A DNA stretch of 63,820 nt, filler included, from a bacterium (GCA_024275095.1; 4 parts of 4 records of this genome joined end to end with filler, not necessarily neighbours in it); one strand, 5' to 3'. Numbered from the whole stretch's first letter, positions 37,983-48,592 are shown. Made by a program: numbers and translations. The notes: a model not told the origin generated them from the letters alone.

Positions 37983-38477
37983 TCACACTTCCATCCTTTT
38001 TTTGGCGAGGACGACAGCTCCTACAACCGCGGTTATAAGGAGCACACTGATTACTTCAAATGCCACCACGTGGGCCTCCAGGAGTGCACGTCCCACCTGT
38101 GCCGCTGATATAGTTCCAGCCTCTCGACCTGGAGGCACAAATCCTGCTGTAATGGTAATTATCAACCACACCACACCAATTGCAGCAATCACTGCAAAAA
38201 ACTTCACCACTGTTCTGCGTGACGGCCCCAGGTCCTCATCCCTCAGGTTGAGAATCATGATGGCAAGAACAAACAAGACGAGAATTGCCCCTGCGTAAAC
38301 AATAATCTGGACGGCACCCACAAAAGGAGATACGTAAAAAGTGAAAATGCCGCCGAGGCAGAGAAAGTTCAATCCCAGAAATACGGCCGAATAAATGGGA
38401 TTCCGCCGTGTTATAGCGACAAGTGCCGAAAGCACAGCGATAATGCCCAGTGCTCTGATAACCCATTCAACAATCAT
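37983..38477 (-). CDS. nuoJ: NADH-quinone oxidoreductase subunit J
   Basis: NPIYS, QIIVYAGAI.VL and FE..S.LL. ATG overlaps the nuoI stop. Confidence 0.93.
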   Translation of the reverse strand: MIVEWVIRALGIIAVLSALVAITRRNPIYSAVFLGLNFLCLGGIFTFYVSPFVGAVQIIVYAGAILVLFVLAIMILNLRDEDLGPSRRTVVKFFAVIAAIGVVWLIITITAGFVPPGREAGTISAAQVGRALLEAHVVAFEVISVLLITAVVGAVVLAKKRMEV

Positions 38478-38929
38478 CTCTTGTCCATCCTGAGTTTTTC
38501 TATATTCATTACCAGTTCTTCCCGACTGAAAGCAGTAAAATCGTAATCTTCCGTCATGATAAGAGCACCACATGGACAGGCCTCAACACATAAACCGCAA
38601 AAAGCGCATCTCAGGAGGTCAATTTCATAGGACTCGGGCATTTTCTCCATCGGGTCATCTGTCTCTTTTGCCACAATGCGAATACACTTGGGAGGACACA
38701 CACGAGCGCAACAATAACACGCGAGGCACCGCAAGCGTCCGTTGTCGTCGACAGTAAGGGCGTGTTTGCCTCTGAAACGTGGATATACAACCCGCTTTTC
38801 CTCCGGATATTCGATGGTTACGTCGGTCCAACCCAGGAGCTTCTTCAGAGTAAACCACATACCCTGAAGCAGTTCCACATACAGACGATTCTTCACACCT
38901 CTGGCAGGCTCTTTCACGCGTATAGCCAT
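38474..38929 (-). CDS. nuoI: NADH-quinone oxidoreductase subunit I
   Basis: T..YPEE, RFRG and two CxxCxxCxxxCP motifs. Confidence 0.95.
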   Translation of the reverse strand: MAIRVKEPARGVKNRLYVELLQGMWFTLKKLLGWTDVTIEYPEEKRVVYPRFRGKHALTVDDNGRLRCLACYCCARVCPPKCIRIVAKETDDPMEKMPESYEIDLLRCAFCGLCVEACPCGALIMTEDYDFTAFSREELVMNIEKLRMDKR

Positions 38930-39993
38930 GTAATCACCCCTGCCGTAATTACCAGGTCAACCATGCTCACGGGCACCAGAACCTTCCAGCAGATGGACAT
39001 CAGCTGGTCAAAACGAAATCGAGGAAAAGTCCAGCGTGCCCAGACGTATACAAAAAGCACCGCGCACACCTTTACAAAAAACACTCCAAAAAGTAAGAGT
39101 GCCGTGACGAGTCGCGCCCAATCCGCGGGAATAATGGCTGCAAAAGCGCTCACGATAGAGGAAGCATTGATGTAGGGGAGATGCCAGCCGCCCAGGAAAA
39201 AAAGCACAATCAGCCCGGATGCCAGGATCATATGGCCGTACTCCGCCATGAATAACATGGCAAATTTCATGGAACTGTATTCGGTGTGATATCCAGAAAC
39301 CAGGACCGATTCCTCTTCCGGCAAATCAAAGGGAATGCGGTTCGCCTCTGCAAATGCAGAGGCAATAAACACCAGAAATGCCACCGGCTGAAGGAAAACA
39401 CCCCAGCGGGGCAAAAATCCCAGAAGCGTCCCCTGCTGAAGGTCAGCGATTTTCGTCAGATCAAACGTATTGTACGTAAGCACCATTATCGCTATCGTGA
39501 GTGTAAGTGGCACTTCATAGCTGAGCACCTGCGCTGCCGAACGCATGGCCCCCAGAAGGGGATATTTGCTGCCTGAAGCCCAGCCTCCGAGGACAATTCC
39601 ATATACAGCGATACCCGAAAAAGCCACAACAAACAGGACGCCAACTGAAATGTTCACCACATTCATTTCCACATTGATGCCCATAAAAGAAAAACTCATC
39701 CCAAAGGGCAGTGCTGCCAGGGCCACAAACGTGGCGATGAATATAATTGCAGGCGCAAAAACATACAGGGCTTTGTCTTTCGTATCAACAATCACGTCTT
39801 CCTTGAAAAGAAACTTGATGGCATCTGCAATGGGCTGAAGAATACCCCAGGGACCCGCCCGGTTTGGACCAACCCGAATCTGCATAAAAGCCCCCATTTT
39901 TCTTTCCACGTAGCTGAGGTAAGCCACGATGGTAAAAACCACCGCCAGAAAAATCAGGGGCACACCCAGATAAACAATGTACTGCACCACCAT
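38914..39993 (-). CDS. nuoH: NADH-quinone oxidoreductase subunit H
   Basis: ERK, GPNR, QPIADA.K...KE, SYE, NR.PFD, EYS and PRFRFDQL. Confidence 0.95.
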   Translation of the reverse strand: MVVQYIVYLGVPLIFLAVVFTIVAYLSYVERKMGAFMQIRVGPNRAGPWGILQPIADAIKFLFKEDVIVDTKDKALYVFAPAIIFIATFVALAALPFGMSFSFMGINVEMNVVNISVGVLFVVAFSGIAVYGIVLGGWASGSKYPLLGAMRSAAQVLSYEVPLTLTIAIMVLTYNTFDLTKIADLQQGTLLGFLPRWGVFLQPVAFLVFIASAFAEANRIPFDLPEEESVLVSGYHTEYSSMKFAMLFMAEYGHMILASGLIVLFFLGGWHLPYINASSIVSAFAAIIPADWARLVTALLLFGVFFVKVCAVLFVYVWARWTFPRFRFDQLMSICWKVLVPVSMVDLVITAGVITWLYA

Positions 39994-39995
39994 CT

Positions 39996-41411
39996 TCACG
40001 CCTTCACACCTCCTGCCACATGGCGGTCTTCTTCGCTCAACTCCAGTGGGCTCCACACACCGGGCAAGGGCCCCAGCACCTTATCTACCGTCACTTCCCT
40101 CACAGCACTGCTGAACGTCCCCCCTGTTTCGAGGTACGTTGCAACAGGAAGGTAATACGTTTGTTCCCCTTTGATATCCGGTTCTTCCAGGCCTGCGTAA
40201 ACGAGCACAGCCGGCGCTGATGAAACTTTCTGAACCCTTGCCGCAGGGCCAGGGTGTACAAGCAACAATCTCTCCACCTTTCCCGATTTCAGCGCACTAT
40301 CAAGCTCCACCTGACCAGATGCACCTGAAAGTACCCTTTTCAAGCCTTCAGTATTGGGAGCCTTGAGGGCTTTTCTGCTGATTTCATCAGACTCCCCTGT
40401 AACGCCGCTCAGGACATATACACTTATTCCCTTTCTTTCCGCCCACTCACGCAGGGCCTGGGCCATCTCGATTGTCACCCACGGCGAAACAGCCACCGCA
40501 TCCTCTTTTCCAAACTCATCAAGTATATCTCTTACTTCGTGTGGTTGAAGTGTTACCTTGCCATCTCCTTTCATTTCCAATGGCTCCGGCGAAAAACGCG
40601 TATCCAGCAACGCAGTGGTCATCACACGACCCTCATCACAGACAATTTCACTGGTCGTGTCAGCAGAGATCGTGCGAACCACCCGACCTCTCCAGACTCC
40701 CACCTTTACACGACACAGGTTCTCACAGAAAGCACAGACGGTCTCCTTATGGGGGTGCATGAACACGCGATAATGAAACCGGAAGGGTTTGATGGTAAGA
40801 GCCCCCACAGGACAGAGGTCGGCAACCATCATCGCATAATCACTTTCCACAGCTTTGCCCGGCAGAACAGAGATTTCGGCATTGTCACCGCGACCCTCTA
40901 CCAGAAGTTCTCCTGTCTTAACCACTTCCCTCATAAACCGCACACACCTGGTACAGAGCACACACCTGTCAGCATCCAGATTCAACTTATTCCCGAGCGA
41001 CCTTACCTGCTTCAGTTTCTTGGGATAGGAAAATCGTGATGCACGAGGACCATAAGCAAATGTATAGTTCTGAAGGTTGCACTCTCCTGCCTTGTCACAA
41101 ATGGGACAGTCAAGCGGGTGATGTATGAGAAGAAATTCAAGCACCGCCTGCCGTGCCTTTTTAATCTCTTGTGTATTCGTCCTCACAACAAGCCCTTCGC
41201 GCACAAAAGTATTGCAGGCAGGCTGGAGCTTGCGCTGGCCCTCCACCTCGATAAGACACATGCGGCAACTGCCCACAATGCTCAATTTTGGGTGATAGCA
41301 GAAGTGAGGAATATGCACGCCGATCTTTTTTGCGGCTTCTATAACATTAATGCCTTCCTCTACTTCGACTGTGCGATCATCAATGGTGATCTTCACTGTA
41401 CCCATTTTCAC
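39996..41411 (-). CDS. nuoG: NADH-quinone oxidoreductase subunit G, short form
   Basis: FCYH..L...GSCRMC, HPLDCPICDKAGEC, CVLCTRC and CAFCENLC...C. C-terminal region is reduced. Confidence 0.9.
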   Translation of the reverse strand: MKMGTVKITIDDRTVEVEEGINVIEAAKKIGVHIPHFCYHPKLSIVGSCRMCLIEVEGQRKLQPACNTFVREGLVVRTNTQEIKKARQAVLEFLLIHHPLDCPICDKAGECNLQNYTFAYGPRASRFSYPKKLKQVRSLGNKLNLDADRCVLCTRCVRFMREVVKTGELLVEGRGDNAEISVLPGKAVESDYAMMVADLCPVGALTIKPFRFHYRVFMHPHKETVCAFCENLCRVKVGVWRGRVVRTISADTTSEIVCDEGRVMTTALLDTRFSPEPLEMKGDGKVTLQPHEVRDILDEFGKEDAVAVSPWVTIEMAQALREWAERKGISVYVLSGVTGESDEISRKALKAPNTEGLKRVLSGASGQVELDSALKSGKVERLLLVHPGPAARVQKVSSAPAVLVYAGLEEPDIKGEQTYYLPVATYLETGGTFSSAVREVTVDKVLGPLPGVWSPLELSEEDRHVAGGVKA

Positions 41412-42679
41412 TCCGCATACGGGCAGCGACCCGCGTCAAGATGCTTTTCAAATTCTTCTCGAAACTTCTTCAAGAACCCGAGGGTTACAAGAGCAACCGA
41501 GTCACCAAGCGGACATACAGTCTTGCCAAAGATATTCTGGGCCACGTCAGCAAGAAGCTCCAAGTCTTCACCAACAAGCTGACCCTTTTCTACATCTTCG
41601 AGCATTCTGGCCACCCAGCCACTGCCTTCCCGACAGGGCGTACACTGGCCACACGACTCGTGCTCGTAAAACTTGATAGCCCTGAGAGCCACCCTCACGG
41701 GGCACGTTCCCTCAGGGAACACCATAACAGCACCAGAACCCAGCATGGTCCCTTTTTCTGCCAGTGCTTCGTAATCCATGGTCACGTCCAGCTCATCTGC
41801 TGTCAGCGGAGGCGCCGAAATGCCACCCGGGATCACAAAATAAAAAGGCCTGCCGTCACGTGAACCACCACACACATCCTCGAGAAGCTCTTTCAACGGA
41901 ATTCCCAGTTCGCGCTCGTAAACCCCGGGCTTTTTCACCCATCCGCTGACTGCGAAAAGCTTTGTGCCTGCGGATTTCTCTGTTCCATATTTGCGAAATT
42001 CGTCGGCTCCGCGAGAAATAATGAATGGGACCGATGCAAGTGTCTCCACGTTATTGACAATGGTTGGTCTGCCGTAAAGACCTTTAACAGCAGGAAAAGG
42101 CGGCCTTAAACGGGGCCAACCACGCCGACCTTCTATAGAATTGATAAGAGCTGTTTCTTCTCCGCAGACATAAGCACCCGCTCCCATGTGAACAACAATG
42201 TCCAGTGAAAAATCACTCCCGAAGAGGTTCTCTCCGAGAAAACCCTTTTCTTTTGCCTCGTCTATTGCCCTCTGGAGAGAGGCTGCTTCTTTATGAAATT
42301 CACCTCTTACGTACACAAAGGCCTTGTTCGCACCAATGGCGTAAGAAGCAATGATCATCCCTTCAATGAGCTGGTGAGGTACATGGAGAAGTATCTCACG
42401 GTCTTTAAACGTGCCTGGTTCACCCTCGTCTGCATTGCAGCAAAGATACCTGGGACCTTCAACATCCCGTGGCACAAACCCCCATTTGACACCTGCAGGG
42501 AAACCTGCTCCCCCGCGTCCCCGAAGGCCCGACTTTTTCACCTCCTCTATCACATCCTGCGAACCCATCTGCGTCAGGACCTTACGGGCCGCTTCATAAC
42601 CACCTGCTGCAAGATACTCGTTCAAGGACTTTCTGTCCTTCTTCGGAATGCCCGGAAATATGACCCACTCTCCCTTCAT
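41408..42679 (-). CDS. nuoF: NADH-quinone oxidoreductase subunit F
   Basis: GRGGAGF, NADEGEPG, GAGAYVCGEET and ESCGQCTPCREG. Confidence 0.97.
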   Translation of the reverse strand: MKGEWVIFPGIPKKDRKSLNEYLAAGGYEAARKVLTQMGSQDVIEEVKKSGLRGRGGAGFPAGVKWGFVPRDVEGPRYLCCNADEGEPGTFKDREILLHVPHQLIEGMIIASYAIGANKAFVYVRGEFHKEAASLQRAIDEAKEKGFLGENLFGSDFSLDIVVHMGAGAYVCGEETALINSIEGRRGWPRLRPPFPAVKGLYGRPTIVNNVETLASVPFIISRGADEFRKYGTEKSAGTKLFAVSGWVKKPGVYERELGIPLKELLEDVCGGSRDGRPFYFVIPGGISAPPLTADELDVTMDYEALAEKGTMLGSGAVMVFPEGTCPVRVALRAIKFYEHESCGQCTPCREGSGWVARMLEDVEKGQLVGEDLELLADVAQNIFGKTVCPLGDSVALVTLGFLKKFREEFEKHLDAGRCPYAE

Positions 42680-43158
42680 GCAGACCTCTTCAGCGTCTCC
42701 AGGATTTCCGCAACCTTTTCAGGTGTTACACCTGTGTAATATTCATCGTTAATCTGAACCACCACTGCCTCGCCACAGGCACCCAGGCATTCCACCGTAG
42801 AAAGCGAAAACATGCCGTCCTGCGTGGTCTCTCCCACCTCAACACCCAGCTGTTTTTTAAATGCCTCCACCACTCCCATCGCACCGAGCAAATCACATGA
42901 CACGTTGGTACACACCTGTATGTGAAATTTACCCACGGGCCTCTTCTGGAACATGGTGTAGAAAGAAAGTGTGTCAAAGACCAGTTCTGCAGGCACATTC
43001 AGCACCTCTGCTATATCTTTCACCGCATCGGCACTTACCCACCCCAACTCACGTTGAACCTCCCAGAGGGACGGAAGAATCGCTGAAGTTACTTCCGGAT
43101 ACCGGGGGAGAATTTCCTCTTTAATACGCTTCACCGTGGTGTCTGACAGCACTTTCAC
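42676..43158 (-). CDS. nuoE: NADH-quinone oxidoreductase subunit E
   Basis: FYTMF, CTNVSC and ECLGAC. GTGA overlap with nuoD. Confidence 0.93.
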   Translation of the reverse strand: MKVLSDTTVKRIKEEILPRYPEVTSAILPSLWEVQRELGWVSADAVKDIAEVLNVPAELVFDTLSFYTMFQKRPVGKFHIQVCTNVSCDLLGAMGVVEAFKKQLGVEVGETTQDGMFSLSTVECLGACGEAVVVQINDEYYTGVTPEKVAEILETLKRSA

Positions 43159-44342
43159 CGATCCAGCTCTCCTGCAACAATATTGAGCGATCCCAACACT
43201 GCAACAAGGTCGGAAACCAAGTGACCCTGAAGCAACCTGTTGAATGCCTGATAAATGGCAAAGCACGGAGGTCTGATGCGCAGGCGCCTGGGTTTGCCCG
43301 TGCCGTCGGAAATAATGTGAAATCCGAGCTCTCCGTTTGCTGCTTCCACGGCTGCATAGGCTTCTCCGGCGGGCACCTGAATGCCGTCCATGACGATTTT
43401 GAAATGATGAATGAGACTTTCAATCTTTGTGTACACATCATCTTTTACAGGAAGAGCCACTGTTGGATCATCCACTATCCAGGGACCTTCAGGTAATCCC
43501 TCGAGAGCCTGCTGAATAATCCTTGCTGACTGACGCATCTCTTCCATACGTACCATATACCGGTCGAACACATCCCCAGAGTTGCCCACCGGGATATCAA
43601 AATCAAAATCATCATATGAGGAGTAAGGTTCAGCCTTCCTCAAATCCCACTCATACCCTGTAGCTCTCAACACAGGGCCTGTAAATCCCCATTCAATGGC
43701 TTCTTCAGGAGATATGGGACTGACACCCACCGTTCTCTTCAAAAAGATGCGGTTGTCAGTAAGTAGAGCACTTGTTTCATCCACCACCCTGTAAGTTTCC
43801 TCAGCAAGCGCCTTTGCACGCGCGTAAAAGTCGCGGGGTGGATCTGCGCTTACACCGCCGATGCGCATGTAATTGTGAGTCAAACGTGCACCAAAGGTCA
43901 TTTCAAAAAGTTCGTAAATGTCCTCTCTCAACTTATACAACCACCAGAAAGGTGTGAGCGCACCCAGATCCACCACATTTGTTCCCACGCATACCAGATG
44001 GTCACTGATACGGGCGAACTCGCTGAAAATCACCCGAAGATACTGGGCTCGCTTGGGCACTTCTATTTCCAGAAGCTTCTCAACAGCCAGACAAAAGGCC
44101 ATGTTGTTCATCAGCGATGACACGTAATTCAATCTGTCCGTGTAGGGAATGATGGCCTGATAGTTGAGATGTTCCGCCAGTTTTTCCACCCCCCTGTGCA
44201 GATACCCGATTTCCGGGTCTGCACGAAGGATGACCTCTCCATCCAGTTCTACAATCACACGGAGTGTCCCGTGCATGGCCGGATGGGACGGCCCAACGTT
44301 AATGATCATCCGTCCATCTTCATCCTTTTCCCAGAACTGCAT
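43155..44342 (-). CDS. nuoD: NADH-quinone oxidoreductase subunit D
   Basis: GPSHPAMHG.LR, GYLHRG.EK, DRLNY and GELDR. GGAGG before ATG 44342. Confidence 0.96.
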   Translation of the reverse strand: MQFWEKDEDGRMIINVGPSHPAMHGTLRVIVELDGEVILRADPEIGYLHRGVEKLAEHLNYQAIIPYTDRLNYVSSLMNNMAFCLAVEKLLEIEVPKRAQYLRVIFSEFARISDHLVCVGTNVVDLGALTPFWWLYKLREDIYELFEMTFGARLTHNYMRIGGVSADPPRDFYARAKALAEETYRVVDETSALLTDNRIFLKRTVGVSPISPEEAIEWGFTGPVLRATGYEWDLRKAEPYSSYDDFDFDIPVGNSGDVFDRYMVRMEEMRQSARIIQQALEGLPEGPWIVDDPTVALPVKDDVYTKIESLIHHFKIVMDGIQVPAGEAYAAVEAANGELGFHIISDGTGKPRRLRIRPPCFAIYQAFNRLLQGHLVSDLVAVLGSLNIVAGELDR

Positions 44343-44347
44343 GCTTG

Positions 44348-44455
44348 CTATGCCTCCCATCCGTGTCTGCGCGGGTCATTTCTACTGTAACGCTGGTCAG
44401 GGGGCAATTTTCCCTTGAGCGGAAAATCCTTCCTCAGCGGATGCCCGTCGAATCC
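44348..44455 (-). CDS. nuoC: NADH-quinone oxidoreductase subunit C, 3' fragment (not in the ORF track)
   Basis: Translates GFDGHPLRKDFPLKG...WEA*, containing the NuoC signature GHPLRKDFP. Confidence 0.88.
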   Translation of the reverse strand, partial: GFDGHPLRKDFPLKGKLPPDQRYSRNDPRRHGWEA

Positions 44456-44456
44456 C

Positions 44457-44556
44457 NNNNNNNNNNNNNNNNNNNNNNNNNNNNNNNNNNNNNNNNNNNN
44501 TTAATTAATTAANNNNNNNNNNNNNNNNNNNNNNNNNNNNNNNNNNNNNNNNNNNN
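44457..44556. other. Artificial contig linker
   Basis: N44-TTAATTAATTAA-N44. Confidence 0.98.
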
Positions 44557-44849
44557 AAACCAAGATAGGAACGTGACTTCATCCCGAGTTCCTGGATGGC
44601 CATGGCCAGAAGCCCAATGGATACCTGTTCTCCAGACGAGACAACCACATCGTACTCACACGGATCGGGCTTGCTTGATATATCATTCGCAAGACCCACC
44701 AGGCGATCCGTTTCACCAGCCATGGCGGAAACAACTACAATCACCTTGTGACCTTCCCTGGCAGTTTCAACCACTCGTTTGGCCACGTGTTTAATTTTCT
44801 CAATGCTGCCCACTGAGGTGCCACCAAACTTCTGAACAATCAGAGCCAT
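44557..44849 (-). CDS. lysC: Aspartokinase, 5' fragment
   Basis: [22 protein letters not shown] and SGEQ. Confidence 0.93.
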
Positions 44850-44858
44850 TGACTCACC

Positions 44859-45299
44859 TCAAGGTTGCTGTTCTTCCACCTTCACTATCCTTTTATCTTC
44901 AGAAGGCGCTTCGAATTTTATTATATATTTCGACAAATTAATAATGTCTGGAGAGCGCTCAGCCCACTCAACCGCTACCACCGCGCCATTATGAGCCGCT
45001 TCAAACACCTCCAGCTCCAGCTGGTGATCCATTTTTTCCAGGCGGTACAAATCCACGTGGTAAAGTTCCAGATGTGCACCCTTATATACGCTGTAAATAA
45101 CAAAAGAGGGACTCACAACCTCACGAGGATTTACGCCCAGTGCCCTCGCCAATCCTTTTACAAAAGTGGTTTTTCCACTACCAAGCTCCCCCAGCAAGCT
45201 GAGAATTTCACCCCCGCGCAGTTTATCCGCAAGGTGTTCACCTGCTTTTTCTGTTTCAGCCGGGCTATGGGAAACTACCGTGAAGAGAGGCGTAAGCAT
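44859..45299 (-). CDS. tsaE: t6A biosynthesis ATPase TsaE
   Basis: GELGSGKT, SPS, H.DLYRL and EW. Confidence 0.93.
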   Translation of the reverse strand: MLTPLFTVVSHSPAETEKAGEHLADKLRGGEILSLLGELGSGKTTFVKGLARALGVNPREVVSPSFVIYSVYKGAHLELYHVDLYRLEKMDHQLELEVFEAAHNGAVVAVEWAERSPDIINLSKYIIKFEAPSEDKRIVKVEEQQP

Positions 45300-46809
45300 T
45301 CTTTAAACCTCGTGCCACATCCGAAGCTGTATATCCGTGACAGGGTGGACAACCTGCCAGAATATCTGCCGACAGGGCGTGCAAATAAACTCCGAGCACC
45401 GCGGCCTCAAGAGGGGAATAGTTTTGAGCAAGAAGGCCCGCGATAACACCTGTAAGCACATCACCCATCCCACCCGAGGCCATACCATGATTCCCCGTAG
45501 TATTGACAAAAACACGTCCATCAGGGGCTGCCACTACAGTGCCAGCCCCTTTGAGAACTGTAATTACCTTGTATTCCTGAGCAAAAGCACGCGCCACACC
45601 AATTCTGTCCTTCTGTATTTCGGACACAGCCAATCCGCACAGGCGAGACATCTCTCCGGGGTGTGGAGTAATCACACACTGGCGGTTTCTCTTCAATACA
45701 GCAGGGTCGTCACGTATGACATTGAGGGCATCAGCATCAAGCACCGTGGGCAAACCCGCGGAAATCACCGTCAGCACAATTTCTCTCTGACTCTCTCCAA
45801 CACCTAGACCAGGGCCAACAGCAACAGCGTCCTTGCCATCAGAGTTGGCCTTGAAAAGCGGAATAAACTCCGCATACTCCATACCATCCTCATCCTCTCC
45901 TACAGGTACGGTCATAACCTCTGGAAGAGCCGCATCTACAGCTGGCTGCTCTGAGGCAGGAAGCATCGCCGTCACCAGACCCGCACCTGCAGCAGCGGCG
46001 CCCATTCCCATAAGCATGAGAGCGCCACACTTCCCTCGAGAACCGCCGATAAGGAGTACGTGTCCAAATGTACCCTTGTGGGCATCAGGTTCCCTGGGCT
46101 TTAAAAGGGAGCGGGCCAGTTCGGCAGTAACTGCATAGGTACTGGAAGGATACGAATCAATAACATGTGAGGGTATCCCAATATGACAGATGCGAATTTC
46201 ACCTGCGTATTTTCTGCCGGGGTAAACGTAAAGGCCCACTTTGGGCACAGCGAAAGTAACAGTAATATCTGCGCGCACAGCCACACCCAGCACCTCACCT
46301 GTGCGGCCGCTAATGCCACTGGGAATATCTACCGACACCACCGAAGCGTCCACGGAGTTAATCGTCTGAATAACCTGGGCGTAAAAACCCTCAACAGGCG
46401 CATTGAGCCCGGTGCCAAAAATGGCATCCACAACAATCTGTGCACCTGCAAGTTCCTTCTTTACCTGACGCGGTGTTGAAGCGAATACAGGTTTATGACC
46501 TGACCTCTCCAGAATCTCAAGATTCGCCAGCGCATCTCCCCTGTATTTTTCACGGGGTGCAACGCATACGACTTTCACATTCGTGTAGTGAGCAATGTTA
46601 AGATGTCGGGCAATGACAAAACCGTCACCGCCATTGTTACCAGGTCCCGCCACAATGCAAACAGGGGTTGTGCTGTCTGGAAATTTTTCTTCTATTACAG
46701 CAGCAGCCCCGCGTCCTGCATTTTCCATAAGAATAATGGATGCAATACCATACTTTTGAGATGCATCTTTATCTATCTCTCTTGTAGCTTCCGGTGTAAA
46801 AAGCTTCAT
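45265..46809 (-). CDS. nnr: Bifunctional NAD(P)HX epimerase/dehydratase
   Basis: LMENAG, GNNGGDG, DAIFGTG, DIPSG, HKG.FG, DADAL, TPHPGE and GG.GDVL.G. Confidence 0.95.
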   Translation of the reverse strand: MKLFTPEATREIDKDASQKYGIASIILMENAGRGAAAVIEEKFPDSTTPVCIVAGPGNNGGDGFVIARHLNIAHYTNVKVVCVAPREKYRGDALANLEILERSGHKPVFASTPRQVKKELAGAQIVVDAIFGTGLNAPVEGFYAQVIQTINSVDASVVSVDIPSGISGRTGEVLGVAVRADITVTFAVPKVGLYVYPGRKYAGEIRICHIGIPSHVIDSYPSSTYAVTAELARSLLKPREPDAHKGTFGHVLLIGGSRGKCGALMLMGMGAAAAGAGLVTAMLPASEQPAVDAALPEVMTVPVGEDEDGMEYAEFIPLFKANSDGKDAVAVGPGLGVGESQREIVLTVISAGLPTVLDADALNVIRDDPAVLKRNRQCVITPHPGEMSRLCGLAVSEIQKDRIGVARAFAQEYKVITVLKGAGTVVAAPDGRVFVNTTGNHGMASGGMGDVLTGVIAGLLAQNYSPLEAAVLGVYLHALSADILAGCPPCHGYTASDVARGLKNAYASLHGSFP

Positions 46810-47192
46810 GGCCCCTCCGCTATAGCTACAACGATACAGATATTATCCTCGTGAGTAATGGAAATCAAAATTCTTTGCACCCCTCCCCTCTCAGCCGCCT
46901 CTCGCATGGCCCCATGAAGTACCACCTGTGGCGACCCTCCCCTGCCGCGCAATATTTCCACCTCCCGCCACCTGATGCCCGTATTCACGTAAGCTCCCAG
47001 GGCCTTGTACACGGCCTCTTTGGCGGCAAAGCGACCGGCCAGATGCTGAACCACCCTGCGCCTGGAAGTACAGTACTCCACCTCAGCCGGAGTAAAAACC
47101 CGTGAGAGGAAACGCTGGCCAAAACGCTCAAGGGTTCTTTCAATACGATCTATTCGCATCACATCCACACCCATTCCCTTCACCACCATCAA
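46806..47192 (-). CDS. acpS: Holo-ACP synthase
   Basis: GVD, RFAAKEA..KA and SITH. Confidence 0.95.
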   Translation of the reverse strand: MMVVKGMGVDVMRIDRIERTLERFGQRFLSRVFTPAEVEYCTSRRRVVQHLAGRFAAKEAVYKALGAYVNTGIRWREVEILRGRGGSPQVVLHGAMREAAERGGVQRILISITHEDNICIVVAIAEGP

Positions 47193-48592
47193 AAAGCCCC
47201 CTTCCTCTTGAGTACAGCCGGAATGGTCTTGAGAAGAATGACAAGGTCAAAAAGTAAACTGCGGTTTTTGATGTAATAGAAGTCATACTCCAGGTTTTCA
47301 TGCAAAGGAATGTCCTTGCGGCCGAGTATCTGCCACAGACCGGTTATCCCTGGCACGGCATTGAGCCTGAGTTTCTGCCATTCATTATATTTTTCAACAA
47401 TAAAAGGCATTTCCGGCCGCGGTCCCACCAGTGACATTTCTCCTTTAAGCACGTTGATAAGCTGAGGAAGTTCATCAAGTGAAGTGCGCCTGAGAAACTG
47501 CCCCACGCGTGTGACCCGAGGGTCTCTTGAGGTTCTGGGAGCCTCTTCATACGGGGACGTATCTGTACGCATCGTTCTGAATTTATACATTCTAAATCGT
47601 CTGCCCTTGTAACCCACTCTTTCGTGAACAAAAAATACAGGGCCTGGAGAATCCAGCTTGATAGCCACTGCAATCACGATCCATAACGGTAAAGTTACTA
47701 CCAGCAACACCAGTGCGCTCACGAAGTCCATTATCCTTTTGGATACCGTATAAAAGCGGCTGACGTGCCCTGTACCCAGATTGAAAATGGGAAATTCCTC
47801 GAGCACATCCACTTTAAGCTCCCGCGAGAGCACTTCAAAAACATTGGAAATCACACGAAAGCTCACATCCCTGTCAGAGACAGAACTGATGAGGTGAAGG
47901 ATCATATCCTGCGGCATGGAAGGCACCGCAATAATAACTTCGTCAAGTTCGTATTCGTCAATAATGCGACCAAGGTCATCCAGTGTGCCCAGAACAGGTA
48001 CGTTACTGATTTTTTCTCCCACATTTTCGTGATCGGTTTCCACAAAGCCCACCACCTCGTATCCTATTTCAGGGTGGTCTGAAATTTTTTGCAAAGCCCG
48101 TATGCCTGTGGATGATGTGCCGACTATAATACATCGCACCCTGCCCAGACCTTTCCTCATCAGGCTCGTCTCCGCTTTCCTTACGGCCATCCTCACGACG
48201 GTATAACCCAGAAGGTTCAGCAAAAAGTTAAAAATGACCACAGAACGGGCTATGCTCAACTCCTTCACCAGGAATGCCATGGTGCCTATGATAAAGAGAC
48301 CGAGCAGGGCACTCTTAATAACAGCCTGGGCGTCTTCAAGTCCACTGGCTCCTCTCTTGCGCCTGTAAAGTCCGAAATACGCGTTGGCGACCAGGCACAG
48401 CAAAACCACAACGGGAAGCACGTGCAGGTAAGATGCGATCGGGTTAAGCGGGTACCCAAAAACTCCCGAGAGCCACTGGCGCAGGTAGTATGCACCTATC
48501 CACGAGCATCCGATAACACATGCATCCAGCACAGCGAGAATCGCCCTGTAACCCCTGCGCTTTTTGAACAATCTATCAATAAATCGAATCAA
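47189..48592 (-). CDS. Priming polyprenyl-phosphate sugar phosphotransferase (WcaJ/WbaP type)
   Basis: N-terminal TMs and Rossmann-like domain. KFRTM, DPRVT..G.FLR..SLDELPQ, VGPRP and PGITGLWQ. Confidence 0.93.
   Translation of the reverse strand: MIRFIDRLFKKRRGYRAILAVLDACVIGCSWIGAYYLRQWLSGVFGYPLNPIASYLHVLPVVVLLCLVANAYFGLYRRKRGASGLEDAQAVIKSALLGLFIIGTMAFLVKELSIARSVVIFNFLLNLLGYTVVRMAVRKAETSLMRKGLGRVRCIIVGTSSTGIRALQKISDHPEIGYEVVGFVETDHENVGEKISNVPVLGTLDDLGRIIDEYELDEVIIAVPSMPQDMILHLISSVSDRDVSFRVISNVFEVLSRELKVDVLEEFPIFNLGTGHVSRFYTVSKRIMDFVSALVLLVVTLPLWIVIAVAIKLDSPGPVFFVHERVGYKGRRFRMYKFRTMRTDTSPYEEAPRTSRDPRVTRVGQFLRRTSLDELPQLINVLKGEMSLVGPRPEMPFIVEKYNEWQKLRLNAVPGITGLWQILGRKDIPLHENLEYDFYYIKNRSLLFDLVILLKTIPAVLKRKGAF

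Noticed and set aside
44320-44456. Frameshifted nuoCD fusion
   Set aside because: nuoC ends cleanly at TAG 44348-44350, and nuoD has its own GGAGG and ATG at 44342.
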